Shown piece after piece: positions 48,164 through 58,640 of a DNA stretch of 64,000 nt (positions within the stretch are counted from its first letter, which is position 1; every line of letters starts with the position of its first letter). Origin of the DNA: Chloroflexota bacterium (lineage in GTDB: Bacteria; Chloroflexota; Dehalococcoidia; GIF9; UBA5629). Position numbers and translations under genes: made by a program. The DNA lies in NCBI GenBank assembly GCA_036821185.1, contig DAISKD010000001.1:505934-569933 (forward strand). The letters run 5' to 3'. The notes under the pieces were generated by a model that saw nothing but the letters and a program-made list of their open reading frames with translations, was not told the DNA's origin and searched no databases.

Positions 48164-50254
48164 TTGGAACTGGCGTCTAATATGTCAAAAGAAGACCTGA
48201 CCATATTTTTACAGGAGACAGAGGAACTGCTCCAAGTGCTCGATGAAGACATACTGAAGCTGGAGCACGATGGAGTAAGCAGCGAACTCCTAAACGAAAT
48301 CTTTCGTGCTGCCCACACCATAAAAGGTTCGGCAGCTATGATTGGGCATCAGCGCATGTCCGACCTTGCACATGCTATGGAGACTGTTTTCGATCAGCTG
48401 CGTAAGGGAACCCGCTCGGTGGACGCAGAGCTGATCGATACGCTTTTGACCAGCCTCGATACATTGAGAGCGCTCAAGGGGGAGCTGATCTCACCTCAAA
48501 GCGGTGAAGTGGATGTCTCGCTGGCTATTTCTATGCTGCACAGAATTTCCACGAACGGTGACATGGACACAGCACGGGAACACCAGCCACGTGCTGCTAT
48601 AGAGGAAGCACTCTTCGACGAAGAGACTGGCCAAGAAGTGCAGTCGGCGCTCATGAAGGGTGACAAAGTATTCCTTATTAGCACCGAAATAGACAAGAAC
48701 AGCTCTTGGAATGCAGTGCGCTGTTTCCAAATACTCGCGGAAGCATCCCAAATGGGAAGAATTATCCGCTCCATACCGGCACAAAAAGAGGTCGAAGAGG
48801 GAAAGGCAGGCTACAACCTCAAATTGCTGCTTGCTACCCGGTGCGAAAGCACCGAACTGAAGAAAAAAATAGCCGCCATCCCGGAGCTGGTCAGCGTACA
48901 CATTATTCCTTTCGACCACCGCGTACAAGAGAAGCCCGCTAAAAGTAGCCCTGTGCCGACGAGCAACAAATTGGCACCAAAAACGTCGGGCAAGGCACGA
49001 CAGAGTGTCAGAATAGACATCGAGCGCCTCGATAGCTTGATGGAACAAATAGGAGAGCTGGTGGTGAATCGTAACCGCCTCGCCCAGCTAAGTCGGCTCC
49101 TGGAAGCCAGGTACAGAGGTGACCAGGTCATTGACGAATTGGAGAGGAGCATGATCCAGACGGGAAAAGTGGTCAACATGCTGCAGCAGGACATAATGAA
49201 AATCAGGATGCTCCCTCTGGAAACAGTCTTCAACGGATTCCCAAGAATGGTCAGGGATCTGGCGCGAAAAGCCGGCAAAAAGATTGAATTCGTCATCGAG
49301 GGGCAGGAGACCGAGATAGACCGGAGTGTTATCGAGCACATCAAAGACCCTCTGGTGCACCTGCTAAGAAACGCTGTTGACCATGGCATCGAGCCACCAG
49401 AGCAGCGAATAGCGTCGGGCAAGCCTGAGACCGGCAGAATAGCCCTCTCAGCCTATCATGAACAGAACCATATCGTAATCACTGTATCAGACGATGGTAA
49501 AGGGCTGGATCCGGCAAATATCAAGCGCTCTGCGGTGGAGCGGGGCATCATCACCGCCGAAAGAGCAGCACGTCTGACCGATACCGAAGCCATCGACCTG
49601 ATATTTCTACCGAGGGTTTCGACAGCGCAGAGGACCACCGAGGTATCGGGGAGAGGCGTCGGCCTTGATGTGGTAAAAACAAACATAGAGGCGCTACGCG
49701 GATCGGTCACAGTAACCTCAGAAAAAAACAAGGGCACACGGTTCACCCTGAGGCTACCACTCACCCTGGCAATTCTGCCAGCCCTACTGGTCGAAGCCAG
49801 CGGCACCCTGTGCGCTATACCCCTGGCAGATGTAGTGGAGGCAACGAAATTACCTACCGAGCACATTAGGACTATCAGGGGTCATAAAGTCGTAATGTGG
49901 CGGGATACCGTCCTGTCAGTGCTCGACCTGGCTATGATGTTCGGCTGGAGAAGGTCAGAAACCAGCAAGAACGGTGAAAAAGCGAGCGTTGTCGTCAAAG
50001 CTGGAGACCTTAAAGCATGCCTGACAGTGGACTCGCTGAAAGGGCAACAGGACATCGTACTAAAGACACTGGGCAACTATCTCCGTGATGCCAGGGGAAT
50101 AGCAGGTGCCAGTATTCTGGGTGACGGCAGCGTCACCCTAGTGCTGGACATACCCACCCTTCTTAAAACAACCATCGGCGATAAACGCTTTTGCCCGGAC
50201 TACACCTTATCAACTGGCAAGAAGCAAGAGGAAATGATGGCAAGAGTGAGCTGA
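48164..50254 (+). CDS. cheA: Chemotaxis histidine kinase CheA
   Basis: The Hpt motif HTIKGSAAMIGH is present. The HATPase_c motifs DDGKGLD and GRGVGLD are present. The C-terminal CheW-like domain is present. Confidence 0.9.
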   Translation: MELASNMSKEDLTIFLQETEELLQVLDEDILKLEHDGVSSELLNEIFRAAHTIKGSAAMIGHQRMSDLAHAMETVFDQLRKGTRSVDAELIDTLLTSLDTLRALKGELISPQSGEVDVSLAISMLHRISTNGDMDTAREHQPRAAIEEALFDEETGQEVQSALMKGDKVFLISTEIDKNSSWNAVRCFQILAEASQMGRIIRSIPAQKEVEEGKAGYNLKLLLATRCESTELKKKIAAIPELVSVHIIPFDHRVQEKPAKSSPVPTSNKLAPKTSGKARQSVRIDIERLDSLMEQIGELVVNRNRLAQLSRLLEARYRGDQVIDELERSMIQTGKVVNMLQQDIMKIRMLPLETVFNGFPRMVRDLARKAGKKIEFVIEGQETEIDRSVIEHIKDPLVHLLRNAVDHGIEPPEQRIASGKPETGRIALSAYHEQNHIVITVSDDGKGLDPANIKRSAVERGIITAERAARLTDTEAIDLIFLPRVSTAQRTTEVSGRGVGLDVVKTNIEALRGSVTVTSEKNKGTRFTLRLPLTLAILPALLVEASGTLCAIPLADVVEATKLPTEHIRTIRGHKVVMWRDTVLSVLDLAMMFGWRRSETSKNGEKASVVVKAGDLKACLTVDSLKGQQDIVLKTLGNYLRDARGIAGASILGDGSVTLVLDIPTLLKTTIGDKRFCPDYTLSTGKKQEEMMARVS

Positions 50255-50286
50255 AAGAAAGTTAGCAGCCATGTACGGAGGGGAAA

Positions 50287-50835
50287 ATGTCAGCCGAGAC
50301 TAGCAAGCTTGTAAGTAAAGCGGTGACCAATGCTGTATCAGGGCTTTCAGGAATGGTTGGCAGAGAGGTTCAGATTTCTGATTTCGATGTCAAAAAAGTG
50401 AAGGTGAAGGACGTGCCCTGCGAGTTCGGAGGGCCCGAAGCTCTAATAGTTGGGGTATACCTACAGATTAAAGATAGAACGGGACACATGTTTGTCGGCT
50501 ACGAACCAGAAGTGGCCGCTAAGTTGATAGATATACTGCTGGGGCAAGCCCCGGGTTCAACACTCCAACTTTCCGAAATGGAGCAGTCAGTCCTGGGGGA
50601 GATAGGTAACCTCATGGGTTCGTTTTTCCTTAATACCCTGGCTGAAGGGGCGGGGACATCTTTGCTCCCCTCACCACCAGCAGTAATGGTAGACATGGCA
50701 GGTGCAATTCTGGACATATCCCTGTCACGCCTTCTGGAAGAGGGGGAAGAAATACCAATCGTAACAGCACGTTTTGGTACCCAGGATAGGCAGATTGATG
50801 GTAAGTTCCTGATAGTACCAATCCCAGCTATCTAA
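50287..50835 (+). CDS. CheC/CheX-family CheY-P phosphatase
   Basis: The motif VLGEIGNLMGSFFLN fits the E-x2-N consensus. The protein is 182 aa. Confidence 0.65.
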   Translation: MSAETSKLVSKAVTNAVSGLSGMVGREVQISDFDVKKVKVKDVPCEFGGPEALIVGVYLQIKDRTGHMFVGYEPEVAAKLIDILLGQAPGSTLQLSEMEQSVLGEIGNLMGSFFLNTLAEGAGTSLLPSPPAVMVDMAGAILDISLSRLLEEGEEIPIVTARFGTQDRQIDGKFLIVPIPAI

Positions 50836-50859
50836 AACTATAAGGCAGGTAGAGGACAA

Positions 50860-51381
50860 ATGGAACAGAGAGCCGACACCAACAAGCAGGCCCAAGACAG
50901 CAATGAGATCATCGTTGGCATGGGCGAGCTTGCGGTCAGCAATAAGCCCTCAGCAGTGCTCACCTGCCTGGGCATTGGTTCATGCGTCGCCATATGCGCC
51001 TTTGACCCGGTATCCAGGATCGGTGGCATGGCACACGTGGTGTTGCCCTACGGGGAAAACGCCAGCACCACCACCCCCTCTAAGTACGCCAATATTGCCG
51101 TCCCCGCCCTGCTCAACGAGATAACCAAGCTCGGTGGGAACAGAGCGCGGCTGGTGATAAAGGTCATTGGAGGTGCTCGCATATCTACGGCACCGGGCTT
51201 CGACGGCACCTTCAAGATCGGCGACAAAAATGTGGAAGAGGTGCTAGCTGCCCTAAGCAGGGAAAAGCTTTCCGCCTCCGCCATGGACGTCGGTGGGGAG
51301 CGAGGGCGTACCGTACGTATGTATCTTGATACCGGTACAGTCGTGGTGCAAAGCGTAGGCACAAGGCCAAAAGAGTTGTGA
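50860..51381 (+). CDS. cheD: Chemoreceptor glutamine deamidase CheD
   Basis: The sequence CLGIGSCVAICAFDPVSRIGGMAHVVLP includes the catalytic Cys-His region. Confidence 0.8.
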   Translation: MEQRADTNKQAQDSNEIIVGMGELAVSNKPSAVLTCLGIGSCVAICAFDPVSRIGGMAHVVLPYGENASTTTPSKYANIAVPALLNEITKLGGNRARLVIKVIGGARISTAPGFDGTFKIGDKNVEEVLAALSREKLSASAMDVGGERGRTVRMYLDTGTVVVQSVGTRPKEL

Positions 51382-51445
51382 AACGTTATGAAAACACCGA
51401 TACCAAAAATTATAACCGAAATTAGTCCAACGAGGAGGGCATGCC

Positions 51446-51802
51446 ATGGCTACGATAATGGTTGTTGACGACGCCGCATTTATGCGCCTGAGATGCTCTC
51501 AGCTATTGACTCAAAATGGATACCAGGTGATCGAAGCATCAAACGGCGCCGAAGCACTGGCTAAGTACAAGGAGCTCAGACCAGATGGAGTCCTGCTCGA
51601 CATCACCATGCCCGACATGGACGGATTGACCGCCTTGAAGGAACTCATAACCCTGGACAGCAACGCCAGGGTATCCATGGTCACAGCCATGGGACAACAG
51701 TCCATCGTCATAGAAGCCCTCAAATTAGGGGCCAAGGACTTCGTGGTTAAACCGTTCGACCCGGAGAGAGTGCTGGCAGCAGTTAAAAAAATGCTAAGCT
51801 AG
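51446..51802 (+). CDS. cheY: Response regulator CheY
   Basis: The receiver-domain motifs VVDD, D54 in VLLDITMPDMDG and KPF are present. Confidence 0.85.
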   Translation: MATIMVVDDAAFMRLRCSQLLTQNGYQVIEASNGAEALAKYKELRPDGVLLDITMPDMDGLTALKELITLDSNARVSMVTAMGQQSIVIEALKLGAKDFVVKPFDPERVLAAVKKMLS

Positions 51803-51841
51803 GTCACGGCCCAATAAATGGAGCGACGAAGGTGAAAGGTT

Positions 51842-52924
51842 ATGGGCAATAAAATAAGGGTACTGGTGGTAGACGACTCAGGGTTCGCACGTTCAGTCAT
51901 ATCTCAAGAGCTGGGAACTGACCCGGAGATAGAGGTCATCGGATCAGCAAAAGACGGCTTCGACGCCATAGAAAAAGTAAGGAAACTGAGACCCGAAGTA
52001 ATTACCATGGATATCGTTATGCCGGGAATGGATGGCCTTACAGCACTGGAGCACATAATGAAAGAGTGCCAAACCCCCGTCATCATGCTCAGCGCACTCA
52101 CCACCAGCGGTGCGGAGGTCACTGTAAGGGCTCTGGAACTGGGCGCCGTAGACTTTTTCCTGAAACCATCCGTGCTTAGCCCGTTGGGCGATGCCCAATC
52201 AAAAGGAGAACTGATCGCAAAGATAAAACTGGCAGCCAGGACCACCGTCCCAAAGGGCCCTGCGCCACTTCTGCAAACCGCCGCCCGGACCACCAGGGCT
52301 ACCCAGAAAACACACAGCAGGAAAAGGCCAAACCACGTGGTGGTCATCGGGTCGTCCACAGGTGGACCGCGGGCTTTGATGCAGGTTATTTCCAGCCTGC
52401 CAGCAGACATCGACGCAGCCGTTTTGGTGGTGCAACACATGCCATCACTGTTCACCAAATCACTTGCCGAACGACTTGAGAGCTTGTCTGAGCTGAGCGT
52501 CGCAGAAGCACAGGACGGCGATGAGATACAGCGATCCCGGGTGTTGGTAGCACCAGGTGACCACCACATGTTGGTGAACGACGGACATATAAAACTACAC
52601 AGAGGGCCCCCTGTGCTCGGCGTACGTCCGTGCATCGATGTTACCATGGAATCGGTAGCCAAGGCCTTTGGCAGCCGCTCGCTGGGTGTAGTCCTGACAG
52701 GCATGGGCACAGATGGCACCAGAGGGGCAGCCCTGATCAAAGCAGCCGGGGGAAAGATCATTGTGGAAGACGAATCGACATGCGTGGTCAACGGAATGCC
52801 AACGAGCGTCATCAAGGCAGGTTATGCTGACTATATAGTACCTATCTATGACATCGCCTCGAAAATCGCGGATATCTGTCAGGAAAAAGTACCGATACAG
52901 AAGACCACAGCGAGAAGACTATGA
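51842..52924 (+). CDS. cheB: Chemotaxis methylesterase/deamidase CheB (receiver plus catalytic domain)
   Basis: The receiver domain is followed by VVIGSSTGGPRAL. The Ser-His-Asp triad region is present. Confidence 0.9.
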   Translation: MGNKIRVLVVDDSGFARSVISQELGTDPEIEVIGSAKDGFDAIEKVRKLRPEVITMDIVMPGMDGLTALEHIMKECQTPVIMLSALTTSGAEVTVRALELGAVDFFLKPSVLSPLGDAQSKGELIAKIKLAARTTVPKGPAPLLQTAARTTRATQKTHSRKRPNHVVVIGSSTGGPRALMQVISSLPADIDAAVLVVQHMPSLFTKSLAERLESLSELSVAEAQDGDEIQRSRVLVAPGDHHMLVNDGHIKLHRGPPVLGVRPCIDVTMESVAKAFGSRSLGVVLTGMGTDGTRGAALIKAAGGKIIVEDESTCVVNGMPTSVIKAGYADYIVPIYDIASKIADICQEKVPIQKTTARRL

Positions 52925-53769
52925 CCGATGCAGAATATCTCGAACTTATAAGAGAAATTGGAAAGCTTACCGACATCGACTTAAACAAGTACAAAATCAC
53001 CCAGATGCGTCGGCGCTTGGAGCATTTTATGTTGAATTTGGACTTCAACGACGTGACATCATTTTGCTCCGAGCTGAAGCAGGACTTCACCCTGGTAGAA
53101 AAACTCAAAGACTTCCTGACAATAAACGTGTCTGAGTTTTTCCGTGATCCAAAATATTTCAGCCTGTTGACGACCGAGGTCTTCCCTGGGATGCTGAAAC
53201 ACCGCAACAGACTGAATATTTGGAGCGCTGGTTGCTCAAATGGCGCCGAGGCGTACTCTGTCGCCATGATCCTTGACCGTCTCTCACCGCTTTCTTGTCA
53301 CCGGATATTGGCCACCGACATCGACCAGAAATGCTTGGAGAAGGCTAGAGATGGTGGTCCCTACAATATCACCGAAGTCAGAAATGTACCCACTGAATTC
53401 CTAGAAAAGTATTTCGTCACCACCCAAGACGGCTACAGAATGGTAGAAAAAATCCGTCAGAGCGTCACTTTCAAACAGCACGACCTGCTGAAGGACTTCG
53501 TCGGTGTGGGGTTTGACCTTATTATCTGCCGTAATGTACTCATCTACCTCACCGAAGAGGCAAAGTCTGAGCTCCTACTCAAGTTCCACCATGCCCTGAG
53601 AGAGGATGGTATTCTATTCCTGGGTGCGACTGAGATCATCTTAGACGCGACACGATTCGGTTTTACCCTTTACAAAACCTGTTATTATCGAAAGGTAACC
53701 ACCAGCAAAAGCCTGCCGGTAACTTCAAAAACGCCGGCGCTAGCATCAACCGGGGAGAAAAATACATGA
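52921..53769 (+). CDS. cheR: Chemotaxis methyltransferase CheR
   Basis: The sequences FFRDPKYF and IWSAGCSNGAEAYSVAM match the SAM-binding site. The gene is overlap-coupled to cheB. Confidence 0.85.
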   Translation: MTDAEYLELIREIGKLTDIDLNKYKITQMRRRLEHFMLNLDFNDVTSFCSELKQDFTLVEKLKDFLTINVSEFFRDPKYFSLLTTEVFPGMLKHRNRLNIWSAGCSNGAEAYSVAMILDRLSPLSCHRILATDIDQKCLEKARDGGPYNITEVRNVPTEFLEKYFVTTQDGYRMVEKIRQSVTFKQHDLLKDFVGVGFDLIICRNVLIYLTEEAKSELLLKFHHALREDGILFLGATEIILDATRFGFTLYKTCYYRKVTTSKSLPVTSKTPALASTGEKNT

Positions 53770-54851
53770 GACGAATATCCATAAAATATGCCAGACCCGG
53801 CATGATGCTGGGCTATCCAGTATTTGACCCCTACGGAGTCAAACTGCTCGACGCCAACGTCAAATTGGACGAGCACAATCTGAAAATGCTCCTCAAGATG
53901 AAAGTCAACGAAATATTCATTCAAGACAGCCGCGTTTACGATGTCATCTCTATACCACTCATCCCTCCCGAAATCGAGGGGAGAGCTTCCGCTGTGCTGC
54001 GGCAGCTAATGATCGAGACCCGAATAAGCGGCCGACTGACAGCGGAGGGGATGCGCAACATCAGCAGCGTGGTAAATGCCATGGTGAGCCACTTTTCCTT
54101 TTCCAATATGGGAGAGCCCTCCGTGGCAGGCATAATATCCCGCGAAGACTTTATCTACATTCAGCCGGTTAAGGCTGCTATCCTTGCACTGATAGTCGCC
54201 CACAAACTGAAGTGGGACAAAAACCAGCTGTCCACTCTGGGCATCGCCACCATGCTTAAAGATATCGGCTATGCCGAACTGCCCGAGGAAATCCTTCGTA
54301 AATCGGACGGACTAACAAAAGAGGAGCTAGCAAAAATTAAAGAACACCCAGCACGCGGTCAAAAACTATTAACACAGTTCGATGGCAAGGACGCCAGCAT
54401 CGCTACCGCCATCGTACAACACCACGAACGGTGGAATGGAAGCGGCTACCCTCTAGGGATAAGAGGCAACAGAATATCGCCACTGGCACAGATAATCGCA
54501 ATCGCTGATAGCTACACTGAACTGATCTCGGTAAGCCCCGGGCGCTCCAAGGTGTACATGCCACACGAAGCTATCGAGTTCATCATGGCATTCAGTGGCG
54601 AGTACTTCAACCCAGAAATGGTGGACGCTTTTGTCAGACAAATACCCTGTTACCCCGCAGGACTCACCGTCGAACTAAACACTAAAGAAGTAGGTATCAT
54701 CTCAGACTCTAAACGCGGCCTCGTGGGCAGACCGGTAGTGCGCGTTTGCTATCACCCAAAGGAAGGTATTCTGCAGCAACCGTACGACCTTGACCTGTCA
54801 AAGCCGGAATTCCAGTCCAAATTCATAGTCAAAATTCTGGATTACTTCTAA
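53766..54851 (+). CDS. HD-GYP domain protein with a degenerate HD dyad (LKDIGY instead of LHDIGK)
   Basis: HHERWNGSGYP is intact. The upstream metal-binding His is present in IVAHKLK. The canonical HD histidine is replaced by Lys. Confidence 0.75.
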   Translation: MRRISIKYARPGMMLGYPVFDPYGVKLLDANVKLDEHNLKMLLKMKVNEIFIQDSRVYDVISIPLIPPEIEGRASAVLRQLMIETRISGRLTAEGMRNISSVVNAMVSHFSFSNMGEPSVAGIISREDFIYIQPVKAAILALIVAHKLKWDKNQLSTLGIATMLKDIGYAELPEEILRKSDGLTKEELAKIKEHPARGQKLLTQFDGKDASIATAIVQHHERWNGSGYPLGIRGNRISPLAQIIAIADSYTELISVSPGRSKVYMPHEAIEFIMAFSGEYFNPEMVDAFVRQIPCYPAGLTVELNTKEVGIISDSKRGLVGRPVVRVCYHPKEGILQQPYDLDLSKPEFQSKFIVKILDYF

Positions 54852-55225
54852 TGTCCGACGATAGATTGCTGTCACAAAGTGATATAGATGCGCTGGTGGA
54901 ATCGGTAGCTCCTAAACTAGGAGGCACCAAGGAAAAAGACGCTGCCGGCAGGACCAGCACAGCCCACTCCCAGCCAGCACATGCACCCCCAACTCAAGAC
55001 ATAAAATCGCTATCCGAAAAGATAGCAGAGTTGGCAGACCGACTTGATAAGCTTGAAAAGACAGTCAGCAAACTCAAACAACCAACAAATAGCAGCTCCG
55101 GAATGGCCCATTTCGCTCAAAATTTCCGCTGTACTTCATGCAATAGTCAGGGGTTCCTCGCCTTTTTCGTCAAATGCACCCGGTGCGGGCAGATCAAGCT
55201 CTGGGGCTCCTGGCCTCCAAAGTAG
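54851..55225 (+). CDS. Small protein with a FliM/FliY-like N-terminal CheY-P-binding peptide (LSQSDIDALV), a coiled-coil and a C-terminal zinc ribbon
   Basis: The ATG overlaps the upstream stop as TAATG. The N-terminus MSDDRLLSQSDIDALVESV matches the LSQxEIDALL motif. The C-terminus reads CTSCNSQ...CTRCGQ. Confidence 0.5.
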   Translation: MSDDRLLSQSDIDALVESVAPKLGGTKEKDAAGRTSTAHSQPAHAPPTQDIKSLSEKIAELADRLDKLEKTVSKLKQPTNSSSGMAHFAQNFRCTSCNSQGFLAFFVKCTRCGQIKLWGSWPPK

Positions 55226-55404
55226 CCCCCCTTCCTCTCTCCATCCATCAGCTAGCGGTTTCATTCCCTGACCAGCAGCAGCTTTCCATTACTATCCTGC
55301 TACACAACAGGCGCCAGAACATTAATCGCCCCGGTTGACTTTAGTATTATCCAGGCGTATATTAAATAGTACAGTCCACATTAATTATTAAGGTGATATG
55401 AATC

Positions 55405-55861
55405 ATGGTCAATCTGGACTTGTTGGCAGAAGTGCTGGAGCTTGAACACCGTGCCCACCAGCTAATGAGGCAATATTCACTGGATGCCTGGATGGGGTTA
55501 AGTCTGACTGTACCTCAGCTTAAAAGCTTGTTCTTTATTGCTACGCACCCCGATACGAGTCCTGGCAAACTGGCAGCAGCCCTGGGAGTAACGCCATCAA
55601 ATGTGACTGGAATCGTTGACCGCCTGGTGGAGCAGGGACTGGTGCACCGCGAAGAGAACCAGAGTGACCGCCGCGTCCTGGTGCTCAAGCTAACTGAGAA
55701 GGGAAAGACCATCCTTGCTAATCTTAGAGAGAGGAGATCGAACAGGGTGCAGGAAATAATGAGCAAACTCAGTGAGCAAGAACTCAACTGTTTGGCCATC
55801 GGACTCAGGGCACTGGTGGCGGCTGCCGAAGAAACAGATAGACGAAAAGACAGCACAGATA

Positions 55862-55869
<8 letters not shown>
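55405..55869 (+). CDS. MarR family transcriptional regulator
   Basis: A winged-helix motif LTVPQLKSLFFIA...GKLAAALGVTPSNVTGIVDRLVEQGLV...QSDRRV is present. Confidence 0.8.
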
Positions 55870-56842
<973 letters not shown>

Positions 56843-56850
56843 CAGCAGCG

Positions 56851-57612
56851 ATGAGATTGATAAGCGGTGTCCTTACCATAACTGAATTTGAGCTACGAAA
56901 AGTGCTCCACGACAGCTCCCAGGTCTTTGTCAGGGCAATACAGCCCCTCCTCTGGCTGTTGGTCTTCGGTGGCGTATTCGGCAGGCTCAGGGTGCTGCCT
57001 ACCGGCAATTACAGCTATCTACAGTTCCTTACCCCGGGTGTGCTGGCACAATCGGTCATCTTTATAGCCGTTTTCTATGGAATCACATTGGTATGGGAAC
57101 GGGACGTTGGCCTGCTCAACAAACTGCTCTCTACACCGGTGCCCCACTCCAGCATCGTCCTGGGCAAGACCCTTGCCGCCGGCGCGCGCTCCATCCTTCA
57201 GGCAGTACTGATATTCCTCTTAGCCTTAGCCATCGGCATTCAACTTCACATAGACTTGGTCAGCGTCCTCGGCGTGGTCCTGGTCATAGTCCTCTCCGGC
57301 ATGTGTTTCTCCAGCCTCTCCATTTTCCTGGCCTCAATGCTCAAAACCCGGGAACGCATGATGGGCATCGGACAGGCAATCACCATGCCGTTGTTCTTTG
57401 CCAGCAGCGCCATCTATCCAATGGAACTCATGCCCAATTGGTTGAAGATAATAGCAATCGCCAACCCCCTCAGCTACACTGTAGATGCACTGCGTGCACT
57501 GCTGGTAACCGGCGACTTTAGCCGTCTTCCCCATGACCTTGGCGTACTGGTCCTGGCAACCGCTATCCTGGTATCCTTAGCCACCACCTCGCTCAAACGA
57601 ATTGTAGATTGA
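56851..57612 (+). CDS. ABC-2 family transporter permease
   Basis: The protein is a 253-aa six-TM protein directly after the ATPase. Confidence 0.75.
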   Translation: MRLISGVLTITEFELRKVLHDSSQVFVRAIQPLLWLLVFGGVFGRLRVLPTGNYSYLQFLTPGVLAQSVIFIAVFYGITLVWERDVGLLNKLLSTPVPHSSIVLGKTLAAGARSILQAVLIFLLALAIGIQLHIDLVSVLGVVLVIVLSGMCFSSLSIFLASMLKTRERMMGIGQAITMPLFFASSAIYPMELMPNWLKIIAIANPLSYTVDALRALLVTGDFSRLPHDLGVLVLATAILVSLATTSLKRIVD

Positions 57613-57709
57613 CTATTTATAGGTGACTATAAAGCAACCGCGTAAGCTAAGCGCGTCTGTGACCTGGCTTTGGACGGGAGCAATATTGCTGGAACAGAAG
57701 TTAAGAGGT

Positions 57710-57785
57710 GGTGGAGCTGATGGGATTCGAACCCACTACCTTTTGACTGCCAGTCAAACGCTCTCCCAATTGAGCTACAGCCCCG
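57710..57785 (-). tRNA. tRNA-Ala (anticodon GGC), with an encoded CCA end
   Basis: The reverse complement folds as a cloverleaf: GGGGCTGTAGCTCAATTGGGAGAGCGTTTGACTGGCAGTCAAAAGGTAGTGGGTTCGAATCCCATCAGCTCCACCA. The anticodon loop is CTGGCAG. The G3:U70 alanine identity pair and the GGTTCGAATCC T-arm are present. Confidence 0.85.
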
Positions 57786-57831
57786 TTAACAATATAAAGT
57801 CTAACAAAAACAGCAGCCGGACTCAAACATC

Positions 57832-58047
57832 TCAATGCTTTAAAGGACGACCCCAGGCGTCTTTGCGATAATCGCTGGCAATCAAAATAAGATCGCTCAA
57901 CCACCAGATACCAAACATACCCAGGGTGAGCATCTTGGCGAACGCCGAACGGGTCCTGCCGATGTAGAAACGGTCGGCACCCAAAAAGCCCAAAAAGAAC
58001 GATAGAAGAAACGCCACTAACCAGCTTTTTTCTTTCGGCTGATCCAT
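57832..58047 (-). CDS. TM2 domain-containing small membrane protein
   Basis: The sequence FLGFLGADRFYIGRT matches the TM2 signature. The protein is 71 aa with two TM helices. Confidence 0.6.
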   Translation of the reverse strand: MDQPKEKSWLVAFLLSFFLGFLGADRFYIGRTRSAFAKMLTLGMFGIWWLSDLILIASDYRKDAWGRPLKH

Positions 58048-58052
58048 GTGAC

Positions 58053-58640
58053 CTATAGCCCCATCATTATACCTGCCCAGCGCAGCAGCGAACGCAAGCC
58101 GAAGAAACCGGCATAGGCAATCATCATGTTCTTCACCGATTTGCCACCCCAGCAGAGAAAAAAGAACCTCACCAGTCCGAACCTGAGCATACCGGCTATC
58201 GCCGTAAACGGGTAAAATAGCGGGTTCAGTATCGCTGACATAAGGAAAACCGCCACGCTGCCGCGCCTGCGTATCCAGTCGCTGAACCTGGCAAAAATTC
58301 GGTAGTTGTCCAGGCCCTGTATCGCCCGCTGTCCACTGTAGCCGCTAAGATATATACCGATGCTCCCCACAGCTTCGCCCAGCCCCGAGACCAGCCCCAC
58401 AAGCGCCGGGTGGAGAATACTCCCCATAGTAAATACGACCAAGATGCCTGGTATCGGAACAAGCACCGTGGCGCCGGCAAATATGCTGATAATGAACACC
58501 CCGAGATAACCATAATGGGATACATTCTTGATGTACTCCCAATAAAGGACTGCAACCACACAGAGAGCGATGGTCAGCGCTATTGCTAGACCACCGATCA
58601 CATATTGAGCCTTCCCGGTCCCGGTTTTTGCTTCCTGCAT
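58053..58640 (-). CDS. DedA/TVP38 (VTT-domain) family membrane protein
   Basis: The sequence YGYLGVFIISIFAGATVLVPIPG is typical of the DedA family. Confidence 0.5.
   Translation of the reverse strand: MQEAKTGTGKAQYVIGGLAIALTIALCVVAVLYWEYIKNVSHYGYLGVFIISIFAGATVLVPIPGILVVFTMGSILHPALVGLVSGLGEAVGSIGIYLSGYSGQRAIQGLDNYRIFARFSDWIRRRGSVAVFLMSAILNPLFYPFTAIAGMLRFGLVRFFFLCWGGKSVKNMMIAYAGFFGLRSLLRWAGIMMGL

Noticed and set aside
51904-52815. 303-aa minus-strand ORF inside cheB
   Set aside because: It is antisense to a gene with unambiguous receiver and methylesterase motifs.
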